Source: a virus
Lineage: Duplodnaviria > Caudoviricetes
Virus record (IMG/VR): IMGVR_UViG_3300018494_000083
Direction: 5' to 3' (one strand)
Length of the DNA: 64,000 nt
Positions 10,201 through 20,110 of the stretch are shown here, piece after piece. Under the pieces are notes generated by a model, which worked only from the letters and a program-made list of their open reading frames with translations, was not told the DNA's origin and ran no database searches. How positions within the stretch are numbered: position 1 is the stretch's first letter; each line of letters starts with the position of its first letter. Made by a program: the position numbers and the translations under genes.

Positions 10201-13200
10201 TGACCTTCAACGGGAGCTTCACCCTTAGCCTGTTTAGTCAATTTATTTTTGAGCTTTCCGAAGAATCCACCGACCTTTTTACCAGCTCCGGTGAATCTAT
10301 CCTTCAGTTTTCCAAAGAAGCCCTTCTTACCTTCGGTTTCGTTTTCCACGCTTTCTCCGGTTTCTTGAGCCTCTTTTTCTTCAGCTTTAGTTATTTTCTT
10401 CTTAGCAATAATGGCACCAACAATAGCGCCAGGAATAGGACCGAGACCAAGCAAGGTGGACGCTAATGCACCCTTGATAGCACCTTTAGCCTTCTTAAAG
10501 AAGTTTTTGATGCCACCACCCTTCTTACCTCCAGTCTGTTCATCCATTGCTTCTCCTGCTTCTTTGGCTTCCTTCTCTTCTTTCTTTTTCTGCTTACGCT
10601 TCTTAAGAATGGTACCTACCAAGATACCAGGGAGAGGACCAAGTCCAAGGAGAGTAGAAACTGCACCGCCTATAGCGGCACCTTTGAACTTAGCAAGGAA
10701 GTTCGACCATTTGGCTTTCTTCTGGGCTTCCTCGAGAGGTTGACCAGCTTCCTCAGCCGCCTTAACGTCGTCTTTTTCTTTTCTAAGTTTCTTACCTATA
10801 ATAGAGCCTACGATAATACCAGGAAGCGGACCAAGACCTAAGAGAGAAGATGCAACGGCACCAACTACGGCACCCTTACCTCCACCTTTCTTACCATCCT
10901 TCATCTCTTTCTTCCTAGCCTTCCAGGCTTCTTTATCAAACTCTTTACCTTCTGCTTCAGCCTGTGCTTTCATTCTCGCTTTCTCGGCTTTCATCTTACG
11001 ACGATCACCAACAATAGCACCGACAATAAGTCCAGGCATAGGACCAAGTCCAAGCAACGAGGATGCAACAGCACCAGCAGTTGCTCCACCAGATTTAGAG
11101 TTCGTTACTTTATTCTTAAGCGAATCCCAGAGACCACCTATGCCACCCTTCGCTTCAACTTTCTCCTTGGCTTTCTTACCAAATCCGAAAAGTTTAGAGA
11201 GTTTGCCTTGCTTAGGTTTAGCTCCACCTTCGCCCCCGCCACCGGACTGACCAGCGGCAATATTAGAACCAGCGATATAACCAGCAGTCTGACCAATCGT
11301 CTCTTGTGCATTAGAACCGAAGCTTGTTACATTAACATTGATAGCTCTGCTATTAGGGATAACAGTTCCACCACCATTAGATGCAATCAACTCAGGACCA
11401 CGTTCACCGACGATGTTAAGACCCTTACCAAGTTTACCACCCTTAGCGTGAGCTTCAACGGGTGCTTCACCTGACAGCTGTTTTCTAATCATTCCAACGG
11501 CTTTCTTGCCAAGTTCAACACCATCTTTTACGAGGTCGTCACTTGCGTTATTCTGAGCCGTACGGATTATCTGTTCATATGCCTTCGGGTTCATAAGTCT
11601 TTCTTCGTCAGCCATACCGTCAACCAACTTAACCAATACAGGTACAGTTCCTTGACCAGCTACGATCTGGACTTTATGGACAATTTCCTCAGCATATGCT
11701 TTGGTTTGCTCAACTTTGTCTTGAACAGTCTCAGTTGCTTTCTTCTTGACACCAGTTACTTTGTAGCGTTTTGCACCAGGTTTAGATTCACCTCCGCCAG
11801 CAGGCTTAGGTTCCTCATAAAATTCAGCTGCACTACCAGTAGCTTCCTCGTAGGCTTGTTTACCATACTTCTTGGCTTCTTCAGAAAGCTTGTCGACATG
11901 TTTCTTGAGGTTCTTTTCATAGAAAGACTTGAACTTAGTTCCAAGAGGATCGAGAACGTGTTTCTTCAATCCACCCTTAATAGGTTCAATGATATCTTTC
12001 TTCATAACTGTCATAAACTCGGCTAACATACCAGGTTCGCCAGTCTTCTTGTCACCCCAAATTTTCTTATATAGTTTCGAGTCACCGAACTTACCCTGAA
12101 TAACTGTCTTGATATTGCTGATCTGTTCAGTAATAACGGATTTGGCTTTAGAGAAGAGCTCTCCAAACATACCCTTATTCTTCTTCGGATCATCACCGTA
12201 CATAATATCGGAGATAGTATTAGCGGTTGCATCAAGTACACCAGGGAAGAATCCAGTTTCTCCAAAGAGTCCATTGAGGACCTTGTTTTGTTTTATATCA
12301 AAGACCTTCTTGAACTTGTTAACAAAGTTATCCTTTGCACCTCCAAGAAGTTCGTCAGTTGCAGATTTTTCTCCAGACTTAGCAGGTTCAGTAGGTCTAG
12401 GACCGACGTCACTACTATTGATTCTCTCGAGAAGTTCGTCAACTGTCATATTTCCTACTTCGGAGCTAGCAGAAGTATTTCCACGAGTTGCTCTTCTACG
12501 AGGAGTAGGTTTTTTAGAACCAGATCTTGGTTTAGAACCACCGCCTCTTGGAGCACCGCCACCTCCGGTATCAACTCCGTCATAGAAACCAGTATACAGG
12601 AGCATTTCACCACTGTCTACTAATTCTTTATCTCGCATCTGTCGCATAGAACGAATTCTACCAATAGACTGCAATTGTTCTTTACGAACTCTTGCCTTGG
12701 CATCCTTCGAGAGAGACAGATACAGAGCTTTCATCATGTCAAAGCTCTTCTTACCACCTCTGAGTTCGAGACCTTTTCTCTTACAGAAATCATAAGTGAA
12801 TTTAGACGGGTCTACATTCTCACCGATTGTGGCAAGGAAGTACATAAACGCATCAAGATCTTCCTGATAGAGTTGCTTCTCGCCCTTGGACATTGTGCCT
12901 TCAAGTTTGAAAAGGTTGTCACTCATCATTCGCCTACTATCACTCATGCTATAAATAACATTCTTGCGATCCTCAGCATCAAGTTCTTGCTTACGCTTTT
13001 TACGATCTACAAAGACACCCTTATTGTAATCGAATATCTTATCTACACCAGAAAGTGCTCGTGTGATTTCTGACAAGTATTGAGGGATTACTTCAGTGAT
13101 GGCTTTATTTTTCTTATTTTCAACCTCAAGAGTCAAAGCCTGATTCTTGTAGGATGCAGTCATAGGTTTGGTCATTGTCTTGGTTTCAATACCAAGCATT

Positions 13201-14279
13201 TCACCAATGGAACGGAATAAACCATTCTTGGAATTCTTTGCCATGTTATTCATTCCCATAAGGAACGATGCAAAGAGACCCTCGACAGAGTCGTTAAGTT
13301 TACCCATGCTATTCTTCATAGACTTAGGTGTAGCAGCATTGAGTCCGAGACTCATGAGCATACCTAATGGGTTATTCTTAAACTGACCGCCGATGGTACC
13401 CATCATAGATCCTAAAAGACCAAGGGTTCCACCTGAGTTATTCTTGAAGTTCTGCTTGACTGCTCTTCCATAGGCTTTGAGATCGATACCATTTCCAGAG
13501 AAAATCTCTTCAATGGGATTGATGTTTAAAGCACCCTTCTTAGTTCCGAACCTAGCAGCGTTAGTCTCATTCATCTGAGTAACTTGCTGATTGATAGACT
13601 CCAACAGACTTGTCGTCTTATCATAGTATTCCATACTAGAAGCAATGAAGCCCTTCATCTCATTCAGGTTAAAGTTAACTTGTGCCTGAGCAAGATTCTG
13701 AAGGTTTCCAAGTACATTCATCTGTTCCATATGGAATCTAGATGTCTGAATCATCGACTGTGTATTACCAGACGAAATAACCTGACCAATATAATCAGTT
13801 GATCCAGTTATGACTCTACCAGTGTCACGGAATCCAGCATTGATGGAAGAAGACGATGCATTTATATTTGCGGCAAGTTGAGAGGCATAAGCAGCCGGAT
13901 CCTCAGCTCCACCGGAATCATCATCAAGATAAGAATTCATCAATCCACCGAGAGTAGTATCTCCGGAATCGAATCGTTCATCATTGTAAAGCCTTCCCGA
14001 TTTAAGGTCGGCTTTCATATTTGCGAATGTGTCTCCCATATACGACTTGAATGCCGTACTTTGGGCTTTAAGTCCAATCTTGAGTCTGGATCTATCACGA
14101 AGAACATCTCTTCTGAAAGACTGGATTACAGTGCCCGTAGCTACACCCACACTGTGGATGGCAGGCATATGAGTTTCGACGTAATCGGAACCAATCTTTC
14201 TAAGTGAATAAGCCATATTCTTGCGATATTCGTTGCCAGCTTTCTTCTTAGACTTAAGTTTTTCTTTTTTGGAAGCCAT
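7236..14279 (-). CDS. Tail tape-measure-like protein with C-terminal C39-peptidase-like domain
   Basis: 2347 aa, K/G/A-rich with amphipathic ~11-aa repeats and two HAxGG...VGERGPE motifs. C-terminal IPYYNQKDPRW...GCGPTTAAM...HYI...IYDP fits a C39-like Cys/His/Asp triad. Lies next to RNAP beta, as gp181 lies near gp178 in phiKZ. Confidence 0.75.
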   Translation of the reverse strand: MASKKEKLKSKKKAGNEYRKNMAYSLRKIGSDYVETHMPAIHSVGVATGTVIQSFRRDVLRDRSRLKIGLKAQSTAFKSYMGDTFANMKADLKSGRLYNDERFDSGDTTLGGLMNSYLDDDSGGAEDPAAYASQLAANINASSSSINAGFRDTGRVITGSTDYIGQVISSGNTQSMIQTSRFHMEQMNVLGNLQNLAQAQVNFNLNEMKGFIASSMEYYDKTTSLLESINQQVTQMNETNAARFGTKKGALNINPIEEIFSGNGIDLKAYGRAVKQNFKNNSGGTLGLLGSMMGTIGGQFKNNPLGMLMSLGLNAATPKSMKNSMGKLNDSVEGLFASFLMGMNNMAKNSKNGLFRSIGEMLGIETKTMTKPMTASYKNQALTLEVENKKNKAITEVIPQYLSEITRALSGVDKIFDYNKGVFVDRKKRKQELDAEDRKNVIYSMSDSRRMMSDNLFKLEGTMSKGEKQLYQEDLDAFMYFLATIGENVDPSKFTYDFCKRKGLELRGGKKSFDMMKALYLSLSKDAKARVRKEQLQSIGRIRSMRQMRDKELVDSGEMLLYTGFYDGVDTGGGGAPRGGGSKPRSGSKKPTPRRRATRGNTSASSEVGNMTVDELLERINSSDVGPRPTEPAKSGEKSATDELLGGAKDNFVNKFKKVFDIKQNKVLNGLFGETGFFPGVLDATANTISDIMYGDDPKKNKGMFGELFSKAKSVITEQISNIKTVIQGKFGDSKLYKKIWGDKKTGEPGMLAEFMTVMKKDIIEPIKGGLKKHVLDPLGTKFKSFYEKNLKKHVDKLSEEAKKYGKQAYEEATGSAAEFYEEPKPAGGGESKPGAKRYKVTGVKKKATETVQDKVEQTKAYAEEIVHKVQIVAGQGTVPVLVKLVDGMADEERLMNPKAYEQIIRTAQNNASDDLVKDGVELGKKAVGMIRKQLSGEAPVEAHAKGGKLGKGLNIVGERGPELIASNGGGTVIPNSRAINVNVTSFGSNAQETIGQTAGYIAGSNIAAGQSGGGGEGGAKPKQGKLSKLFGFGKKAKEKVEAKGGIGGLWDSLKNKVTNSKSGGATAGAVASSLLGLGPMPGLIVGAIVGDRRKMKAEKARMKAQAEAEGKEFDKEAWKARKKEMKDGKKGGGKGAVVGAVASSLLGLGPLPGIIVGSIIGKKLRKEKDDVKAAEEAGQPLEEAQKKAKWSNFLAKFKGAAIGGAVSTLLGLGPLPGILVGTILKKRKQKKKEEKEAKEAGEAMDEQTGGKKGGGIKNFFKKAKGAIKGALASTLLGLGPIPGAIVGAIIAKKKITKAEEKEAQETGESVENETEGKKGFFGKLKDRFTGAGKKVGGFFGKLKNKLTKQAKGEAPVEGHAFGGKTGLGFNIVGERGPEAIIARGGDTVIPNHRPIKVEIEGVSKKASGLFGKLFGFGKKDKEERKKAKAERQAAKKTQKHTRQLTQDSDDPKKTQKNVSNILNSADTSGELASLEQSTSIMANANSIGNGMGAVIQAAAKGEGGGFLSNLLSGLSSIAPMLSGLLTKLGLGKLANAVNGKQTLKQKAWNFLKNNAGDIHSMASIGVGINNIKEGKELMQGDNLDQETGSGKIVRGSVQTASGALRLTSSVAKGVGSALGTGAKTTSVVSKVAKAATKGVQKVAKTPAVSKLTGWISKGIKGIISKISNFVGKKGGKIIASSADNIAASVVKKGAGQLAAKTATFIAKWSNVAGWALVIAQLVTDFGTGWADVKNIMQTAPGYEPPLKLKIVAGLSKAISGLLLGLIPVDWLTGIIFGIIGSDEEKEELQKSQEQHKAEYDAFIKAHPEAAEKGLTMEKYNQIQNRTTWGKIKGFFTGTNELEDYIGDGDPNAKKQSGFSRMMGKVGNWFKDVGGKVWDWTKGVGSKIGEWGKGVGAKIGEIGGKLKDWGAGVVDKAKDFGAKALDKIKDFGSKIGDKLKDFGSKIKDTIGDLAGKLKDFGANLLGKAKDFAAGVVDKVKGAVSKVKDAVSGVVDKVKNSAVGKAVSNAVDKVKNSAVGKAVANVASKAKEGVKKAASAVANGAKKAWGAIKGLFGGRGEGEETPESFIPYYNQKDPRWRNQQYGYYHGKKDTVGDGGCGPTTAAMMMNGLTGSDLTPGDVSNFAYANGYKSEGTDTKVFDALADQFGIGMQQQFGITEDAINAMTQNIPVAMVGSDGRGTSPFGKNPHYILGTHADEEGINIYDPLNKKNNRKFGYDKFKGTNASIIPQTTGITIPTETAKQALNKKNANKVSKAVQSAKANIQKITNAGNGRGEGDDTVGKIAQVANEMLDTLHTISDTLIRMEENAARNTPTGTNHGPAVGATSWSSKENSVSKTSAYNKAVTA

Positions 14280-14321
14280 GTGAATTGTCCTCCTTTCTAT
14301 ACAGTATATAGCGTTAACTAT

Positions 14322-14333
14322 TATAGAAATGTT
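14322..14333 (-). promoter_or_regulatory. Putative late promoter AACA-N6-TA
   Basis: Minus strand AACAtttctaTA upstream of the tape measure gene. Confidence 0.55.
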
Positions 14334-14398
14334 TCGCTTTTAAAGACGAAGAAGGAGAGATAAGCCAATAATTCTAGCCTATCTCTCCAAATTTTATA

Positions 14399-17300
14399 TT
14401 AAGTATCTTTATCTTCGAGGATGTCTTTAATCTTCTTTTCTGCACCAATCATGACTGTATTAAGAGCCAAGGAAATAGATGCAGACTGAGTCATACGTGC
14501 CATCAAACCAGAGATCGAAAGGAACGCATCAATCTTGATACTCGGGTCAGAAACCAGATACGGCTCCAAACCAAGAGGAATTGTAGATTGGTTAATACCC
14601 TTCAGAGCGGTTGAGAAGGACAGCTTATCACCAACAGAGAACGAGTCAACGGTCTGTACAAAGAACTTGATCAGAACTTGGAACTCATCCATCTTAGTGC
14701 CAGCAATCTTACCATTTACAGGCACAGTAACATCGGCAGTATCATTCAAGGTAGTCATATCCTTAAGATTGATACCTGCTTCTTCGAAGTTCTTAAGTCT
14801 TTCCTTGATCTTTCTCTCATAGTTAGTAATAACTTTTCTGAGCGAAGGACTGAGCTCGGACTTAGGACATGTGTAATAGATCTTGATATCGACAACCTTA
14901 CCGTTCCACTTGGACTTAACATGATTCTTGGAAGCTTCGATAAGTTTATCTTTCTCTTCCTGATTCATCTTAGAAAGCATCTGGTTAAGGTAGTCATCTT
15001 CGTAGGATTCATCAAATACAATGAACGGATCATTTACATTGACAGAATCACCTACAGATTTGATTGCATAGATATTGGAATTCTTACCAAGACGAACTTC
15101 TTTAACTTCATCTACATAAGAAGCCATTCTCTGTGCAAACTTTTCAGTTACAAGGGTAGAGTCCTCGTAAACGAACGAACCGTGAATAAGTGCAACTCTA
15201 GCCAAAGGACCAGACTTGTAGATAACTTCACCAGCAAGTTCATCATACTCGAAGAACTGACTGTTTGCTGCAAGCACATCGCCTTCAGAGAACTTCTGAC
15301 CAACTGTCTTGTAAATAGGATCGAGTCTATTGTTGATATAGAAACCTGATCCGGTATTCAGAGACTGTCTATCGGTCAAGTCAATTACTTCGGATTTACC
15401 AGACTCATAACGAACGATCATATATCCAAGGTCAGGGTTGAACTCATGTACATAACCGTTCTCTTTTGCTTTGAATGCAAATTTATCGGAAATGATCTTA
15501 GGAAGAACCTTATCTGCACCATACCCAAATAACGGAACATCAGAGTCCATAACGGCGAGAGTATGTCTAGACTGAGTCGATGCCATGCCAACACGCTGAG
15601 GGTCATCATGAGTTGCTGTCATAGGAATAAGCATTTCTGCACCGGACAGAAGGTTCGTCTGATCGAGTTTTTCTTGGTCTTCTCCATAGCCTACATCGAG
15701 GTAACCTCTAAGCGAAGTTACATTCGGGTTGAGAGCCATGATACGAGAAATACCTACGTTTGCAGATACAGGAGACGACTGTGCAAGAATGCCCAACATA
15801 GAGTCATTATATGCACGCTTGTCGATCTTAAATCCTTTATCAACGTTACATCCACCAGGACCCTTATAAGAAGTTGCTCTCATACGATCGATTTCAAAAA
15901 TCGGGTTAAGATTAGAATACTCTTCCATAACCTGAGAATCGAACATATTGTTTATCAACTCGTTAGTCTTGATAGAGAACTTGTTGGGATTCTTATTATC
16001 TGCTGTAGATCTGTAGGATTCATATGCTTTCGAAAGCACCTTATATAGGTGAGCATTGAGCATCTCATTACTTCTGATACGATAGTTCTTGAGGTCACCA
16101 TCTTTATCAAAGGTATTATTTTCAAGCAGAGTATTAGCATAGATTACAAGATCAATAAAGTCAGTAGGAAGGTTATAATCTTCCAATACTTCTTTAGTAA
16201 TCGAATCTATAAACAACTGCTGGAAGTTCTCAAACGCAGTGCCGATATTTCTACGACCAAACATCTTCATGAAAATATCGTAATAGATATCTTTAGAACA
16301 GAAGTCGAGGAAGTTGTAATCCTCAGTAGGAATATCATAGAAACCGTTCAAAAGCAGAGAGTTGCTATACGGATAGAGATCATAGCTAAGGAAACCATCA
16401 GCAAACTGAATAGTTCCACGCTTAGTAGAATCTTCCTTAGTTCTAGTCTCGGAGAATTTATGGTTACATTTAAGCTTAACGAGCAAAGGCTCAAGACCGA
16501 TCAAGAAAGACAGAAGAAGTACAACAGGTACATCTTTTGCCATGATCTTAGCTCTCGTATAAATCGACTTCTTAGTACCGGAGATAGATTTGAACTGACT
16601 TCTGATCTTTTCGTCATCCGAATGTTTAATAATAAAGTCGATAGGTGTCATGTTGGAATCTTCTCCATCATAGATAACCTCTCCACTCTTAACATCGAGA
16701 CAAACAAGAGACTTCTTACCAGTCTTATCAGTTTCAATAGCAAAAGGAAGTTCATCTTTCTTATCATAAGTAAGATCTTCACTTTCGCAAATAGAGCGAA
16801 TGTCATCTTGACGAAGGTAGATGACTGTATCAGCATTCTTCAAGGTAATAGTTGTGAACTTCTTACTAAGCTCATCATATTCCATCGAAGTCATATAGGG
16901 AACGTTATCCATTAGGTTGTTACCCTTCTCGAATTCAATAGAAGAATTCTCAAGAGAACCAAGAAGTTTCATGAATTTCGAAACCTTATTGGACACATTC
17001 TTACCGAAACGAGTCATAAAGATTTTATTGTACAAAGAGGAGATCTGAACCTGGTCAGGCGCAACCTTTGTAACAGGAAGAGGAATAATCTGGTTGATAA
17101 AGATCTTGTCGGATCCATTGAGGAACATGAACTTATCATTCATGAACTTAGGTACATCGAATGAGAAGCTATGTCTTCTACCATACTCATCCTCATAAAC
17201 ACAGGAATACCTGAAGATCTTGTCGATTGCAGTAGAGATATCTTCCTTATTGATAGAAATCAGATAAAGAGGTCTATCTTTCTCAGCAAAGGAAGTAAGG

Positions 17301-18745
17301 ATATTCATCATATCATACTCAAGAAGCTTCTCATTGTAACCCTTTTCAAAGTTACTAAACTTGATATGCTTCATTCGAGGATTGATAACAGAAGTTTTAA
17401 CTTCAAAGTCATCAATCTGTTTAGCTTTTGCTTCCTTAGCAAGATCCTGTACAGATTTCTCTCCAACCTTGAGATCTTTCATTTCTTCCTTGATCTTCTC
17501 AATACGAGCAAGTCTAGGAGCAGACTGAGTCGGAGCAATAGTTTTCTTAAGCTCCTCTTTTACAGTCTTGTTTACTTTCTCTTCAAGATCAGAGATATCG
17601 ATATCTTTAATTGTAGGTTGAGGTGTATTATCAACCTCTACCTTATTTTCATCAACCTCAACATCCTTCGGCTTAGTAATTCTCGTAGTCGAAAGAGTCT
17701 TCTTTTTGTCAGCAGTCTTCTGAGAAGAAGCCATATCATCAGATGTGGGTTTCTCTGTTGCTTTAACTGCAGGTTGAGGAGGTGTCATTTTTGTATTTGC
17801 TTTAGCCTTGCTAACTTCCGAGTTGACGGTATTAACAATTCTATCTTTAGCAAGATCGTCTATAGGAAGACGATTGACATCTCTAATCACATTCTTGTTA
17901 TAGTTTGTGATTGTGTCACTGTTCTTCTGATCAAGGGTTTGATCATTCTCAGTTTCATTATCTGTGAGATTTTCGTCATCGACAACAGAAAGATCGATAT
18001 TACCCTTGGAAGATCTTAATCTCTTAAAGAGCTTGTTCATAAGAACCGGTGTATCTTCATTCATATCATTAGCATTCATGTAGAATAACTCATTATGGTT
18101 CATGAAAATGAAAGTCCAGTTCTTGAACACTTTTCGAATAGTACTCGGATCATCGTGAATCTTACGAACAACAACGATACCGAAGTTATAGAGTAAATCC
18201 CTCTTGAACCAAAGAGAACTCATTGCAGGGTTATCGATGTATTGATCGAGAGGAATGTAGATATATTTCTTATGGTTAGGAAAGTCTCTTCCAATATCCT
18301 TGATTTTCTTAGCAACCTGATCGAACTTGATCTCGGACTGTCTGACTGCAGACTTTCTATCGATTCGCTCGTTTGTATTAAGAAGGTCATTAAACTGACC
18401 GATCTCATAGATTACATTATAATCACGAACCATATCAGGTTTCGGCTTTAACTGAACATCAGGATGCAGTCTACCAAAGTGCTGAGAGTAGACTTCTCTC
18501 TGTTTGTTGATCTCGCGAACTTGCTGACCTTCAAACTTTTCAGAGAGCTTCCTTTCAATATAATAGCGTGTATATCTTCTGAACTGAAGATAAGGGTTGT
18601 TAAAGAACTCTGCCGTTCCATCAAGACTGGTAGACAACACAGTTACCAGTGTACCTTTCATAGGCGTCTTCATATCATACGGCATTGTGAATTTATCTCT
18701 AACCCTATACACTCTATTAGGAACTAATCTATTAAAATTAAGCAT
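14399..18745 (-). CDS. Phage multisubunit RNA polymerase beta subunit (probably virion RNAP, phiKZ gp178-like)
   Basis: 1448 aa. Beta motifs: HDDPQRVGMASTQSRH, YEDSTLV, VGDKLSFSTALKG, IDAFLSISGLMARMT. Preceded by the late-type motif. Confidence 0.9.
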   Translation of the reverse strand: MLNFNRLVPNRVYRVRDKFTMPYDMKTPMKGTLVTVLSTSLDGTAEFFNNPYLQFRRYTRYYIERKLSEKFEGQQVREINKQREVYSQHFGRLHPDVQLKPKPDMVRDYNVIYEIGQFNDLLNTNERIDRKSAVRQSEIKFDQVAKKIKDIGRDFPNHKKYIYIPLDQYIDNPAMSSLWFKRDLLYNFGIVVVRKIHDDPSTIRKVFKNWTFIFMNHNELFYMNANDMNEDTPVLMNKLFKRLRSSKGNIDLSVVDDENLTDNETENDQTLDQKNSDTITNYNKNVIRDVNRLPIDDLAKDRIVNTVNSEVSKAKANTKMTPPQPAVKATEKPTSDDMASSQKTADKKKTLSTTRITKPKDVEVDENKVEVDNTPQPTIKDIDISDLEEKVNKTVKEELKKTIAPTQSAPRLARIEKIKEEMKDLKVGEKSVQDLAKEAKAKQIDDFEVKTSVINPRMKHIKFSNFEKGYNEKLLEYDMMNILTSFAEKDRPLYLISINKEDISTAIDKIFRYSCVYEDEYGRRHSFSFDVPKFMNDKFMFLNGSDKIFINQIIPLPVTKVAPDQVQISSLYNKIFMTRFGKNVSNKVSKFMKLLGSLENSSIEFEKGNNLMDNVPYMTSMEYDELSKKFTTITLKNADTVIYLRQDDIRSICESEDLTYDKKDELPFAIETDKTGKKSLVCLDVKSGEVIYDGEDSNMTPIDFIIKHSDDEKIRSQFKSISGTKKSIYTRAKIMAKDVPVVLLLSFLIGLEPLLVKLKCNHKFSETRTKEDSTKRGTIQFADGFLSYDLYPYSNSLLLNGFYDIPTEDYNFLDFCSKDIYYDIFMKMFGRRNIGTAFENFQQLFIDSITKEVLEDYNLPTDFIDLVIYANTLLENNTFDKDGDLKNYRIRSNEMLNAHLYKVLSKAYESYRSTADNKNPNKFSIKTNELINNMFDSQVMEEYSNLNPIFEIDRMRATSYKGPGGCNVDKGFKIDKRAYNDSMLGILAQSSPVSANVGISRIMALNPNVTSLRGYLDVGYGEDQEKLDQTNLLSGAEMLIPMTATHDDPQRVGMASTQSRHTLAVMDSDVPLFGYGADKVLPKIISDKFAFKAKENGYVHEFNPDLGYMIVRYESGKSEVIDLTDRQSLNTGSGFYINNRLDPIYKTVGQKFSEGDVLAANSQFFEYDELAGEVIYKSGPLARVALIHGSFVYEDSTLVTEKFAQRMASYVDEVKEVRLGKNSNIYAIKSVGDSVNVNDPFIVFDESYEDDYLNQMLSKMNQEEKDKLIEASKNHVKSKWNGKVVDIKIYYTCPKSELSPSLRKVITNYERKIKERLKNFEEAGINLKDMTTLNDTADVTVPVNGKIAGTKMDEFQVLIKFFVQTVDSFSVGDKLSFSTALKGINQSTIPLGLEPYLVSDPSIKIDAFLSISGLMARMTQSASISLALNTVMIGAEKKIKDILEDKDT

Positions 18746-18777
18746 TATGTTCCCTCCTAAAGGTTAATTTGTTTAGT

Positions 18778-18789
18778 TATATAACTGTT
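18778..18789 (-). promoter_or_regulatory. Putative late promoter AACA-N6-TA
   Basis: Minus strand AACAgttataTA upstream of RNAP beta. Confidence 0.55.
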
Positions 18790-18815
18790 CCTTATAAGAT
18801 TTCTTAGAAAAATTT

Positions 18816-19522
18816 ACTCCGAAGCCATTTATTCATATCTGGCAAGGAGAAGATGTATCACTGATTCATATGTCAGTCGTGTATGATAATGGAAATGGAT
18901 CTGTAAGATATATCGCAGGATTTGATGGTGTTCAACTCCAAGTTATATATACGACAAATATGCAGATAGTCGCTGGTCAAAAATATTATCAGGTGGAGAT
19001 AATACATTTGAGTCTGGGTCAGCGGATAGAATTTATGGTCTACTCCAAGATTTTATTATAATGAAAATCTAGTAGATGATAGAATGATATTAGTTAATGG
19101 AACTGTGGATATGACTATATATCCTTATAAAATGTATGAGTTACTCCAGGTCCATGGATGCTACCTTGGGGTCTTGATCAGATTTATGGGATTAATCAGT
19201 ATTCAAATCTCGGTGTTTCTTTTCCGACTAATCCAAATAATAAAGATGGTACTCCTGCTGGATATAAGATGCCAAACAATACCGATAGTCTATACACTCA
19301 GAGAATTATGCAAATGAGTGATAAAGGATCAGGGACAACACAATACATTCCAAAAAATAAGTATGGTATATTACTCCATCAAACAATAAACGATATAAGT
19401 ATGAAGAAAATAGATATTTTACATTTAATGAAACTGGTGATGTTGAAACCTGGTATGATATTCCTAATGCCGAGTATGAATTGTATACATTTTTATACTT
19501 CAACAGACAATATATCAAATAG
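18816..19522 (+). repeat. TP-cassette array B: 6 cassettes
   Basis: ACTCC at 18816, 18935, 19042, 19143, 19251, 19373 (spacing 119, 107, 101, 108, 122). Each unit is stop-free in its Thr-Pro frame. Confidence 0.85.
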
Positions 19523-19588
19523 AATCGCTGACCAACTCGTACTCAATCAGCACCTCCTATTTGCCTCTTTTTTCGTCATTTTTCAAAT

Positions 19589-19731
19589 GGGGAAAAGGAA
19601 GGAGAGAAGGGGGAAAGGGGGTTGAGAGAAAGAAAAAGGGGAAACATACCCCATGGGAACCGAGGGAGACCGAGGAGAGAAATCCCCCTCCGGAGGGAAG
19701 AATAGAAAGAAAAAAAATAAAGAGAAGAGAG
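19589..19731 (+). other. Purine-rich, G-tract non-coding segment
   Basis: Strongly A/G-biased on the + strand, with G-runs at 19589-92, 19609-13, 19617-21 and 19638-41. Confidence 0.6.
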
Positions 19732-19861
19732 TACTGAGTGAAGGTCGAAATAACGATTTAATTTCTCTTATAATTATATACTATACTATTGAAATAAGAG
19801 CTAAATATAAGATTTTATTTCAGAGTAAACTATTTATTAATAATTAAGGAGGAAATTAATT

Positions 19862-20083
19862 ATGGCTTTTAAGGATGTGAATAGAGATGTCTATATCGAC
19901 ATTCTACTCAAAGACCTTGCACGACAAACAAAGGCAAACACACTGCCTCCAAGTGCAGAAGTTATCATGCATTATATCAGAGAAGGCAATATGAATGATA
20001 ACGAGAAACTCAACAAACATGGAATGCTTGTGCGAGACGGAAGAGTCGTCATTCGCTCACGCAAATTAAATCCGATTAAGTAA
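19862..20083 (+). CDS. Hypothetical protein
   Basis: 73 aa with a strong AAGGAGG RBS. Confidence 0.7.
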   Translation: MAFKDVNRDVYIDILLKDLARQTKANTLPPSAEVIMHYIREGNMNDNEKLNKHGMLVRDGRVVIRSRKLNPIK

Positions 20084-20110
20084 TAAATTTCATTTAAAGG
20101 AGAAACACAA

